The position numbers and the translations under genes were made by a program. A stretch of DNA of 64,000 bases, from positions 236,267 through 300,266 of the forward strand of contig NW_013657628.1 in the NCBI RefSeq assembly GCF_000142905.1, written 5' to 3'. The stretch is from Thecamonas trahens ATCC 50062. Its lineage: Eukaryota > Protista > Apusomonadida. The notes under the pieces were generated by a model that saw only the letters and a list, made by a program, of their open reading frames with translations, had not been told where the DNA came from and did no database searches. The number at the start of each line of letters is the position of its first letter. Positions within the stretch are counted from its first letter, which is position 1. Below are positions 1 to 10,438 of this stretch, one piece after another.

Positions 1-1488
1 AACTACGGCGTGCCATTCTCGCGGACTGCCGAGGGCAAGATCTACCAGCGGCCGTTTGGCGGGCAGTCGCTGGAGTTTGGCAAGGGCGGACAGGCGCACC
101 GGACGGCGTGTGCGGCTGACCGGACTGGGCATGCCATGCTCCACACCCTGTACGGTGCGGCGGTCAAGGCCGGCGTCGACTTTCACGTCGAGTCGTTTGC
201 GCTGGACCTCATTATGGACGATGCCGGCGAGCGGTGCCTTGGCCTGATGACGATGGACATGGAGACCGGGGTCCTGCACCGGATTTCGGCTGCGGCGACG
301 GTCATTGCGACGGGCGGGTACGGGCGTGCGTACGCGTCTTGCACCTCGGCGCACACCTGCACCGGCGACGGTGGCGCCATGGTCTCGCGGGCCGGCCTCC
401 CGCTCTCTGACGTCGAGTTTGTGCAGTTCCACCCGTCGGGCATTGCCGGCGCCGGGTGCCTCATCACGGAGGGTGCGCGCGGCGAGGGCGGCTACCTGCT
501 CAACGCCGACGGCGAGCGGTTCATGGAGCGGTACGCGCCGACGGCCAAGGAGCTTGCGTCGCGCGACGTTGTCTCGCGGGCGATTACGGTCGAGATTCTC
601 GAGGGCCGCGGCTGCGGCCCGAACAAGGACTACGTCCACCTGCAGCTCTCGCACCTCCCGCCCGAGGTGCTCGCGGAGCGGCTGCCGGGCATTTCCGAGA
701 CGGCGGCCATCTTTGCCGGCGTTGACGTCAACCACGAGTCGATTCCGATTGTGCCGACCGTCCACTACAACATGGGCGGCATTCCGACGAACCACCGCGG
801 CGAGGTGCTGACCAAGCGCGGCAACGACGACTCGGCGGTTGTGGGCGGCCTGTTTGCGGCCGGCGAGGCCGCGTGCGCCTCGGTTCACGGCGCCAACCGC
901 CTCGGCGCTAACTCGCTCCTCGACCTCGTGGTCTTTGGCCGCTCGTGCGCACACCGCATCGCCGAGATTGTCAAGCCTGGCCAGGGCGGCCCGGCGTTCG
1001 AGTCGGACAAGGGCGACAAGGCCATCGACTCGCTTCACGAGCTGCGCTACGCCAAGGGCGCAACGCCGACGTCGGCCATCCGTGCCCAGATGCAGAACAC
1101 CATGCAGAACCGCGCGGCCGTGTACCGGACGCAGGACTCGCTCGCCGCTGGCGTCGGCGAGATGGCCGAGGCCTGGAACGCCTACAAGGACATCGGCATC
1201 ACTGACCGCTCGCTTGTCTGGAACTCGGACCTCATCGAAGCCCTTGAGCTCAAGAACCTGCTCACCTCGGCCGTCCAGACCATCAACGCCGCCGAGAACC
1301 GGAAGGAGTCGCGTGGTGCCCACGCCCGCGACGACTTCCCAGACCGCGACGACGAGAACTGGATGAAGCACACCCTCACCTGGATCGACGAGGATACCGG
1401 CAAGGTCTCCATCGACTACCGCGCCGTGTCGGACAAGCCGCTCTACTCGGAGTTTGAGCCTGTCCCGCCCTCCAAGCGCGTCTACTAA
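1..1488 (+). CDS. SDHA: Succinate dehydrogenase flavoprotein subunit, mitochondrial (5' part lies outside the window)
   Basis: Open frame from base 1 (NYGVPFSR...). Diagnostic motifs [88 protein letters not shown]. Confidence 0.98.
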   Translation, partial: NYGVPFSRTAEGKIYQRPFGGQSLEFGKGGQAHRTACAADRTGHAMLHTLYGAAVKAGVDFHVESFALDLIMDDAGERCLGLMTMDMETGVLHRISAAATVIATGGYGRAYASCTSAHTCTGDGGAMVSRAGLPLSDVEFVQFHPSGIAGAGCLITEGARGEGGYLLNADGERFMERYAPTAKELASRDVVSRAITVEILEGRGCGPNKDYVHLQLSHLPPEVLAERLPGISETAAIFAGVDVNHESIPIVPTVHYNMGGIPTNHRGEVLTKRGNDDSAVVGGLFAAGEAACASVHGANRLGANSLLDLVVFGRSCAHRIAEIVKPGQGGPAFESDKGDKAIDSLHELRYAKGATPTSAIRAQMQNTMQNRAAVYRTQDSLAAGVGEMAEAWNAYKDIGITDRSLVWNSDLIEALELKNLLTSAVQTINAAENRKESRGAHARDDFPDRDDENWMKHTLTWIDEDTGKVSIDYRAVSDKPLYSEFEPVPPSKRVY

Positions 1489-1598
1489 ATCCCCACCGCC
1501 CTTCCGCCCCCTCAACCAATGACGCCCGTCTCCGCCACCCAGCCTAGCCAAGCACCGAGCACCTTGCCCTATCTGCACTCCACTCCCAGGCACCTACG

Positions 1599-3058
1599 AT
1601 GGACGACGAAGACCTCTACGATGTACGCCCCCCCCGTCTCCACCCTCTCCCCCCATCCCACCGCCCCTTCCCCATACCACCGCCTCTTCCCGGTCCCAGC
1701 GCCCCGCCCCTTCCCCGCTCCGCCGCCAGCGCCGCCACCTAGCCCGAGCCACTGCACCCTCCCCCTCCCCCTTCCCCTCCCCCTCCCCCTCCCCCCCTCT
1801 ACCATGACTCTGCTCTGCTCGTCTCCTTCTCTCTCTCTACGACACACACACTCTCTTTCTGGTTGGCTGCTTCGACTGGCTGTCATGGCCATGCCCGTGG
1901 AGCGGTCAGGAGTGAGCCAGCATGTCGCGCTCGTTCTTGTCGGCGTTAGCCTGGCAGCCCACGGGCAAAGTGATGGCTGTGCTGATGGCTGGCTGTGCTG
2001 ATGGCTGGCTGTGCTGATGGCTGGCTGTGCTGATGGCTGGCTGTGCTGATGGCTGGCTGTGCTGATGGCTGGCTGTGCTGATGGCTGGCTGTGCTGATGG
2101 CCGTCTCCTCATGGGCGTAGTGGTGGCCACGCTGATGGCTTGGCTGCTCATGGGCGTAGAAGCAAGTCCCACACTCACCTCCCCTATCTGAACGTGTGCA
2201 GGCCATTCTGCTGGGTGGGAGTGGTCCTCCTGACGGCGGAGATCCAGCCGCCGCTACATCGGCCGCAGCTCCGGCGACAGGAGACGCGGTCGCGACAGCT
2301 GCCGCGTCTACAGCAGCAGCTCCGGGATCGGACGCAAGTTCTGGCCCAGTCGAGAGCGGCGCTGCTGCTGTAGAGGAAGGCGTACCGGCGCCAGGCGCTG
2401 TGGTTGCTGTGCTGCCGGCTGATGGCGGCCTGCCGCCGCCGCCGCCGCAGCTCCAGGGCCGCACGCGGCTGTACGTCTCGAATGCACAGTGGTGGACGGC
2501 AACGGCTGACATCGAGACGGCGCTGAAGGCACTGGCGCCGCTGGCCGACGAGATCACGTCGTATGAGCATCCAAACTCGGGAAAGTTTACCGGCATTGTC
2601 CACGCCGACTTTGTGTCCGATGCTGCGGCCTTTGCCGCCTTTGAGGCAGCCTCGGCCGCACCCATTGTCCTTGACGGCACCACGCTCACCGTGGCTTACG
2701 ACTACCCGCACGCTGGGCCGAGCGGCATCCCGCCGCCGCACTTGCATCCGCCGCCGCAATTGCTCCCGCCGCCGCAGCCGCTTCCACCGCCGCCGGACCA
2801 CTTTCACCATGGCTACGCGCCGCCGCCGGCCGCGGCCCGGTCTCTGGCCCCGTCGTCGGTCCACGACCGGCTGGGCTCGGGTTCCGGCTCCCGCCCGCGC
2901 TCGCGATCCCGCTCGCGCGAACGTGACTACGCGCGCGACCGCCACGGCGACCGCGACCGCCGCGACCGTGACCGTGACCGCCGCGATCGTGACCGTGACC
3001 GTTTCTCTGACCGCGACCGCGATCGCGGCCGTGATCGTGGCCGCCAGCCTCCCGCCAA

Positions 3059-3100
<42 letters not shown>

Positions 3101-3158
3101 AAATCGCAGACGCCGCAACCGTCGCGGAGGCAGGCGGAGCAGAAACAACAACAATTGA
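1599..3158 (+). CDS. CPSF6: Cleavage factor Im 68/59 kDa subunit-like protein (RRM, Pro-rich, RS/RD tail); join(1599..1622,2202..3158)
   Basis: Exon 1 MDDEDLYD is followed by donor GTACGC (1623); acceptor TGCAG ends at 2201; phase 0 and in frame. RRM segment LYVSNAQWWTATADIE...YEHPNSGKFTG matches the CFIm68 LYxGNLxWWTT...NGxSKG signature, followed by poly-Pro and RS/RD repeats. Confidence 0.8.
1971..2100 (+). repeat. 16-bp minisatellite (GCTGATGGCTGGCTGT) x ~7.5, inside the CPSF6-like intron
   Basis: Seven perfect units from 1981 plus partial flanking units, read directly. Confidence 0.95.
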
Positions 3159-3350
3159 TCATTGATCTGCACTTACCTGGCCCCCCTTCCTCCCTCTCTC
3201 CCCCCCCCCCCCCCGCTGCGGGCTAAACACTGATTGTCCTCCTACTTCGCCAGCCATAGCCATCCGGCCCTGTGTCCGCAAAAATGATTGCTCCGACTGA
3301 CATCCGCAGCCAATCGCCACTTGCCATTGCCACCCAACTCTCGCGCAAGC

Positions 3351-6300
3351 ATGTCTCAGCTCCCGCGCCAACCCACACCAGGACCTGCCGGTTCCTGCAC
3401 CGTCATTGCCACAGGCTCCCGCTATGAAGTGCAATCGTTCTTTGGCTGCCGCACATGCGGCCTCACCGGTTGCTACGGTACGCCCATCCCCCCCCCCCCC
3501 CCCCGGGGTCCCCTTCCCCCCCCTCTTGCCGTGTCGTCCCGCACGTGTTGCTTTTCATTGCTGTTTCTTTTCGCCTAGGCCCTCCAACTTGTCAGCCACT
3601 GCAGGAGCATGTGGACCGTGTCGTTCGACAAACACCCCCAAGGTACCATCTCCATGCCTTTAGTCACCATCGGCTACCATTTTGAGTGTCATTGGTGGCG
3701 AGAGTCGGTTGTCCATGGCCAGGGCGATGACCGCTCCATCGTCGCTTTCACGCCCTTTTTCGGCTGGTGTGCTAATTTTTCGCAACCCGTGATCCTTTCC
3801 ACCTCCTTGACCATGCCCACACCACCACCTCTACCACGGCGTGCAAGCCAGTCATCGACCGTTTGAGCTTGCGTAGACAGCCGTATGACTCTTGTTGTCA
3901 CCGCCACCTACTTTCCGCACTCCTCCAGTGACCACCTCCCGCGAAGCCCTCCCTCCCCCCCTCTCCTGTCGTCCCCCACTAGGGCGACGACACGCTGTTG
4001 ATCGATCAGGCGCAGGACTCATGCACGTGATGTATTTTCGGATGGTATATGTGTGTGTGAACAGGAGCGTGTGCTGCGTGTGCGGAAAAGTGCCACGCCG
4101 GGCATGATCTGACCGAGCCGCGCGAGACGCGGTGCTACTGTGACTGCGGGTGGCGGGCGCAGTACGGCGAGGAGGCGTACACGGGACAGGCGCCGTGCCA
4201 GTGCGTGGTGTGGAAGGAGGCGACGTTTGCCGACTATCGCGCCAAGGCCGAGGAGAAGATTGCCAAGCGGCAGGCAGAGCTCGACGAGCTGCTTGCGGTG
4301 GAAGGGGTTGTTGCGAGCACGGTTGCGCTCGAGGTGGACTGGGCCTCGTTTGAGGGAGCGGCGAACCCGATCAAGACCTGGCCGTACATGACCAACGACT
4401 GGTACCTGTACCGGTGGATTGTGTACGCGCTCAAGGAGCTTGTGGAGCAAAACTCTGACGGGGCGGAGAAGCTGCGGACGCTGTCATCGATCCGGCTTGT
4501 GCACGCGAACCCGGGCCTCCCGTCTGAGGAGCGCGTTGTTGTGGTGGATGGCGTGGCGACGTTCACGGCGTCGTACTGCTGCTACTGGCACGCGATCGAC
4601 CGGTCGGACGTGACCGAGGGCCTTGTGGTGGCGCTGGGCATCTGGAGCGGCTTCCGCGACACGCTGTATGCGGCGGCCGAGGAGGTGTCTGGGCAGATGG
4701 GCGGGGTGCCGATGATCACAGACCTTGCGTCGTTTGACTACGAGGGCGAGGAGCCGCTTGCGTCGCGGCGCAAGGCCAAGGCACTGACGTGCGCGTCGAT
4801 GTGGCGTGGACAGCGGGCGTGGGGCAAGGTTGCGGACGCGCGGCGGTGGGCGTCGAACCCGACGGATGAGGAGCTGCAGGCTGCGTTCTCGGGCGGCGTG
4901 GTGTACCACAACAAGCACTTTGTGCAGTGGGGCCCGGACGAGAACGGGTACACGCCGGGCTTCAAGCGGCTGTACACGGTGGACTACGACATTGTCAACA
5001 AGATGTTCCACGTGTACGATGTGTGCGAGAAGAACTTTTGGCAGTGCAACTCGTGGTACGACATTGGGTCGCTGATGTCGCAGGTGCTCTCGCTGTACCG
5101 GCTGGGCGAGTTTGAGACGATGAGCGAGGCGCAGCACAAGGCCAAAACAGAGCTGTTGGAGGCGGTGTGTACCTCGTCCAAGGTGCGGTACGAGGGCGAC
5201 TTTACCTGGCTCCGGCAGATTCTGGCGTACCCGTGCTTCTACCCCAAGGACAATCACGACCGGCGTGCGACGGCCATCCAGATGGCGCACATCAACTCTG
5301 CGGCGTACCGGGAAAAGATTCCGGAGGACACGCGGCTTGTGGAGGAGCGGCGGCTGCAGGCCAAGGGGCGCGATCCTGCGAGCCCCGAGGTGTGTGTGGC
5401 GTCGTTCCTTGTGGTCAAGGTCTCGTTCCGCGGGATGAAGCAGGAGCGGCTGATTATGGTGACGGATCGGGCAACGTACTCTGTGGTGCCGCGGTTCAAG
5501 GGCTCGCCGTTCAAGTCGAAGATGCACCGGATCTCGCATGCGTACTACGGGACGCAGCACATTGGCAAGGCCGACTGGCACACGATGGGCGCGCCGCCGA
5601 TGCCGTCGCCGCCCAAGGTGGTGACCAAGGCCAAGTCGATGGCGGCGTCTGCGGGCGGGGCGGTTGGCTCTGCGGGCGGGGCTATTGTGTCTGCGGCGCG
5701 GTCGCTTGTGGAGGACTCCCCATCTGGTGGCGAGGCCGGGATGGCGTCTGGCCCGTTCAAGGGGCCGATCTGCGCGCTGCGGTATGCGTCGACGCGGCTG
5801 GCTTCGGACGAGAAGCCGCCGCGCAAGTTCAAGTTTCCGGAGATTCCGGACCTCAAGGGCAAGATGCTCTCTGTCCTGAGGTCGATCATCGACGCGATCA
5901 AGAGCCTCTCGCTGCCGTCGATTCCCAAGCCGCCGATGCCGTCGCTCAAGATCCCGAACTTGCTGGACATGCTGCGCAAATGCAAGCCGTCGATGCCGTC
6001 GATGCCGTCGCTCTCGGAAGGAGCTGGAGCGAGCACGATGACGGCGAGCGAGGCTGCGGCCGAGACGGACGCCGGCGACTCGTCGCAGTACTCGTGCGCC
6101 ACGGGCGTGTCATCTGCGGCGCAGGACTCGATTCCGGACATTGCGGATGGGCTCGGCGACAAGGAGCTGCCCGAGGTCGAGTTTGAGTGGCCGGACCTCA
6201 ACCCTGTGCACATGCTGGAGAAGATTGCGGAGAAGATCGAGGCGTGCGCCGAGTTTGTGATGGAAATGCCGTCCAAGCTAGGCGTTGTGGGCGTTCTCCA

Positions 6301-7117
6301 CGCCTTTGCCAAGTCTGCGGCCAAGGCGTCGGGCCTGGGCGCGATCTCGCTGCCCAAGCCGAGCCTCTCTGCGGCGGGCGCTGTGGAGCTCATCCGCAAG
6401 ACGCTCGATGGGGTGGCGGGCATTCCGGGCCACATCGGGTCGATGCTCGCCAAGATGGCCGAGGAAGCCAAGTCGTGGTCGCCGGTCTCGATGCCGTCGA
6501 TGCCGAAGCTCGGCGTCGGCGCGCTTATCCGCAAGATCATTGCGCTCTTTGCCTCGATCGAGCTCCCCTCGATCGACATCAAGTCGCACTTTCCGGGCAT
6601 CTCGCTGCCCAAGCTCCCGTCTGTGGCTATGCCGTCGATGTCGATGCCCGGACCGATGAAGAAGATAGGGGCATGGGTGTCGGGCCCGGTCCGGCCGGAG
6701 CACGTCGAGTACGTCCTCATTCCGACGCTGCCCAAGCGGTGCTCGGGCGCGTCGCGGTACGCGTGCTGGGAAATGGCGTGGGTCATTGCCGGCGCCGCGG
6801 CGGCCTTTGCCGAGTCGTCGGTCGTCCCGCCATACGAGGCCGACGTTCACATCACCACCACCATGACCTCGGGCATGTACAACAAGACCCTCCGCTCGCT
6901 GCTCCGCGAGGGCAAGGTCTCTAAGCCATCGGGCCAGGGCGACGCACTCTCGACGGACGAGGAGTCTGCCATCGAAGGCCCCGAGTCGGCCGCTGTCGCC
7001 TACGCCGCGGCCGCCGAGCGTGCCCGCGCCGCCCTCGCCGAGCAGCAGGCGCTCACCCAGCAGGCCGCCGCCGCCCAAGAGGCAGCTGCCGCCGCTGCTG
7101 TCGAGGCCTCGGCCTAA
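3351..7117 (+). CDS. UBR-box zinc-finger protein with PH/TH1-like segment and P-x-hydrophobic low-complexity repeats; join(3351..3477,4065..7117)
   Basis: Phase-1 intron GTACGC(3478)...GAACAG(4064) reconstitutes CT...FGCRTCGLTGCYGACAACAEKCHAGHDL...CYCDCG, the UBR-type zinc-finger pattern, in frame with the 970-aa ORF at 4205. Confidence 0.8.
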
Positions 7118-7368
7118 TGACAAATGTTGGGGCCTCCTGCTGCCGTACAGGCCATTTCAAAGCCTCATAATGATGGCTCGTCTTCTTTTAATACTCACAA
7201 TTCCATGCAAGTGACGGCTGCGGTGCGATGTGTGCGGGCGATGTGTGGTGTGTGCGTGGTGTGTGTGGTGTGTGTGCGGTGTGTGCGAGTTGGTGCATCG
7301 CCCTCTGCCTTTCGACACACCTCACTCTGTCACAGCCAGCAAGCTCATCCCACGCACCAAGCAGAGCC

Positions 7369-8633
7369 ATGGCGTCCCGTGCTGCTCGGAGTGTTCCTGA
7401 GCTCGTTGCTGTCTCGCGTGCTATCTTTGGCACTGTCGAGGGTAATGGCCTCCGCTCGGGTCGCAAGGTGCTGCGTAAGGCCCTGGTGGCTGACAAGATG
7501 CTGAGTAGGTTGCAGAGGGGAGAAGGAGAGGAGGAGAGAGGGGAAGAGGGGGAAGAGGGTGTGTATGTGGTGTGTGTGTGTGTGGTGGTGCGGAAGGGTG
7601 TGTGTGTGGTGGAAGGGGGGGTGAAGGGGTGGTGGGGTGGGGTGGGGGGGGGCNNNNNNNNNNNNNNNNNNNNNNNNNNNNNNNNNNNNNNNNNNNNNNN
7701 NNNNNNNNNNNNNNNNNNNNNNNNNNNNNNNNNNNNNNNNNNNNNNNNNNNNNNNNNNNNNNNNNNNNNNNNNNNNNNNNNNNNNNNNNNNNNNNNNNNN
7801 NNNNNNNNNNNNNNNNNNNNNNNNNNNNNNNNNNNNNNNNNNNNNNNNNNNNNNNNNNNNNNNNNNNNNNNNNNNNNNNNNNNNNNNNNNNNNNNNNNNN
7901 NNNNNNNNNNNNNNNNNNNNNNNNNNNNNNNNNNNNNNNNNNNNNNNNNNNNNNNNNNNNNNNNNNNNNNNNNNNNNNNNNNNNNNNNNNNNNNNNNNNN
8001 NNNNNNNNNNNNNNNNNNNNNNNNNGAGTAGGGGTGGGCCGGGGATGGGGAGGGAGAGCGGGGGGCACTCATGGTGTGTGTGTGTGTGGATATGGGTATG
8101 ACGTGATGATGTTGCTGGTTGTGGTTGTGGGGTGTGGTTGTGGGGTGTGGTTGTGGGGTGTGGTTGTGGGGTGTGGTTGTGGGGGTGTGGCTGTGGCTGT
8201 GGCTGTGGTTATGATGGTGATGATGGTGGTGGTGGTGATGGTGGTGGTGGTGGCTGTGGTGGTGGTGGTGGTGGTGGTGGCTGGCTGGTGGCTGTGGCTG
8301 TGGTGGTGGGGCTGTGGTGGCGATGATGGCGATGATGGCGATGGCGATGGTGGCTGGTGGCTGCGGTCTGGTCATCTGGTCGTCTGGTGGGCGGATCGTG
8401 GCCTGGTGGTGATGATGATCTGGTTGCCCGGCGTGTGACTGTGGTGGTGATGATGATGCGGCGGCTGGCGGGAGAGGACAGACTACTACATGCCCATTCT
8501 CTCCCATGCCTTCCCGGGCTACATGGACGAGATCCGCAGCAGACGCAAGGCAAAGGCGGCTGAGCTGTCCCGCTCCGGCCGCGGAGCACCCAAGAAGGGT
8601 GCCGGCAAGCGCAAGGGCGGCAAGAAGAAGTAG
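7369..8633 (+). CDS. MRPS33: Mitochondrial small-subunit ribosomal protein mS33 (Rsm27-like); join(7369..7504,8482..8633)
   Basis: Splicing A|GTAGGT...GACAG|AC gives SRAIFG..GNGLRSGRKVLRKAL..DKMLNYY...RSGRGAPKKGAGKR, the mS33/Rsm27 pattern (IFG, RxGxKxLR, YY, GxGxPKKG). Not present as one ORF in the track. Confidence 0.85.
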
Positions 8634-9071
8634 TAACATCAAATCAATCATCAGCTACCCTCCCCCCCCCCCATCATGCGGCTCGAGCCGTATTTCCCAG
8701 TTGCGGTCCCAGTCGTCGACAACGTGCTTGAGGCAGAGAGACGGCTCCTTGACCCGCACCGCCCTCGCCATCCCCACTGCCCCGATACCACGGGTATCGG
8801 ATCCATGGCCGCTCCCGTGTCCAATCAGCGCAGCCTCCCCTCATCCTTCCCCTCGCAAGAAGGCAGCAACATCATTGAACCACACCCAGCATTCATCTCC
8901 ACAGGCTGTGTGTTCGCCTGAGTGCGGCGACGGCAGCGCGTCGGGCGGCCGGCGGCGAGCGGCCGGCGGCGAGCGGGGACTTGGCGGGAAGCGGCGGAGA
9001 GGCATTGGCACAGCCGTCTCTGAGGCGACTGTGGCGAGAGCGGCGAGAGCGGCGACGGCGTAGACAGACCC

Positions 9072-9931
9072 ATGGCTGAACAGAGTATGGAGTATCTTGT
9101 GGACGAGGTGGAGGCGCAGCTGGAGGCACTAGAGGCACTGGAGGCACTTGCCCGTGCCGGAACCGAGGCCGAAGAGCGCATGCTCCTTGCCCGGTGGCGG
9201 CCACCAACGGCATCGACGTGGCTCGCCGAGGACATGGCGCTTCCGATGGCTACGCCGTTGATGTGCCAAGAACAGGAAAGGCGGGTGGCGGCTATGGGAG
9301 CGCTGCAGGCTCGGATGGTCGCTTCTGGACGGACAGCAGCCAGCGTGATGATGGTGTGCTGGCCGGACGGGGTCCTCAGCACCCGTTGGCACTCAGCGGG
9401 AGTAGCTGGGAAAAGAATGCGGCGGCGGGCATGGACAGGCGCTACGATGGGGAAAGTAGCTCGGTCATGCCGTCAAGATCGATGGGACCTGCGCACGGCG
9501 AGAGAGGCGGTGATCAGGGTGCACGGACGAGTCGAGAGGAGCTTGAGGCGACTCGGAGCGTGGTACGGCGGGTCCTGAGAGAGCGCCGCGAGCAGCAGCG
9601 GGTAGTGATGGCTACCGCGCCCGTGGAAGTCCCTGTTGTGGGAAAGAGCCGGAAAAAGCGATCGCGGCCAGGCGCGCGGGTGGCAAACACCACGTCATGG
9701 AAGCGGATGAGCTACCGGGCCACTGTGGTCCACGCCGATGCACCAGAGCAGCCTCCGATGCGATTCAAGACAAGCGTTCGCAAGACCAAGGCCCAGTCGG
9801 CGGCCGATCGGCGTGCCGGGCGTGAGCTGCAGCGGCGCGCGGCGTTGCGTCTCAAGTTCTCCTCCACTGGCCGCACCGAGCCCGAGGGCCCTGCTGCCGT
9901 CCGTGCGCGGAACCGGACCTTTGTCGCGTGA
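9072..9931 (+). CDS. Hypothetical protein; two overlapping frames (9072..9578 and 9194..9931), possibly joined by an intron or an indel
   Basis: The start of the first ORF (acidic helix) and the end of the second (basic) look protein-like. A phase-0 acceptor GATCAG exists near 9517 but no strong donor was seen. No family recognised. Confidence 0.35.
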
Positions 9932-10438
9932 CGTGTCGCACGTCCTGCCCGAGGAGCTGCATTCGACAGCGATGGTGGGCTGATGGTGATGATCCAGCAT
10001 TAAGCAGACACCCTTGCAGCTGAAAGCAATGTCCGTACCTGTTCTTCCGCGCTCAAACGAGGCGCATCCGCGCATCTTCGCACAGAGCCGACGAGGAACC
10101 TCGCCTTCCCATCCCATCTCAGCACCTTCTAGCCAACCTACCACGCGCATTACCTCACCGTTGCCATGATGACAAGCACACAACATACAACAGACATTGA
10201 TCCCTCATGACACTAGAAATCATATCCATACCTGTATTCATACGGCCAAACGAGCTGTCAAGGGGGGGGGGGAGGGGAGGGGAGGGGCAGAGGCCTTTCC
10301 TTCCATTTGTGTCATGAGGTTTCGGACAGAGAGCAACAGAGGGCGACCACCGTCGCAGAGAGCGACAGGAGGAGGGAAGGGGGGGGGGAGATAGGGACGG
10401 AGTGTCGGGATACACTCCACCCAACCCGGACCACATCC

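Noticed and set aside
1946-2200. ORFs with QHSQPSAQPAISTAS repeats
   Set aside because: They are translations of the intronic 16-bp minisatellite.
7188-8651. His/Pro-rich and Val/Gly-rich ORFs spanning the N gap
   Set aside because: Low-complexity intron of mS33 plus run-through of Ns.
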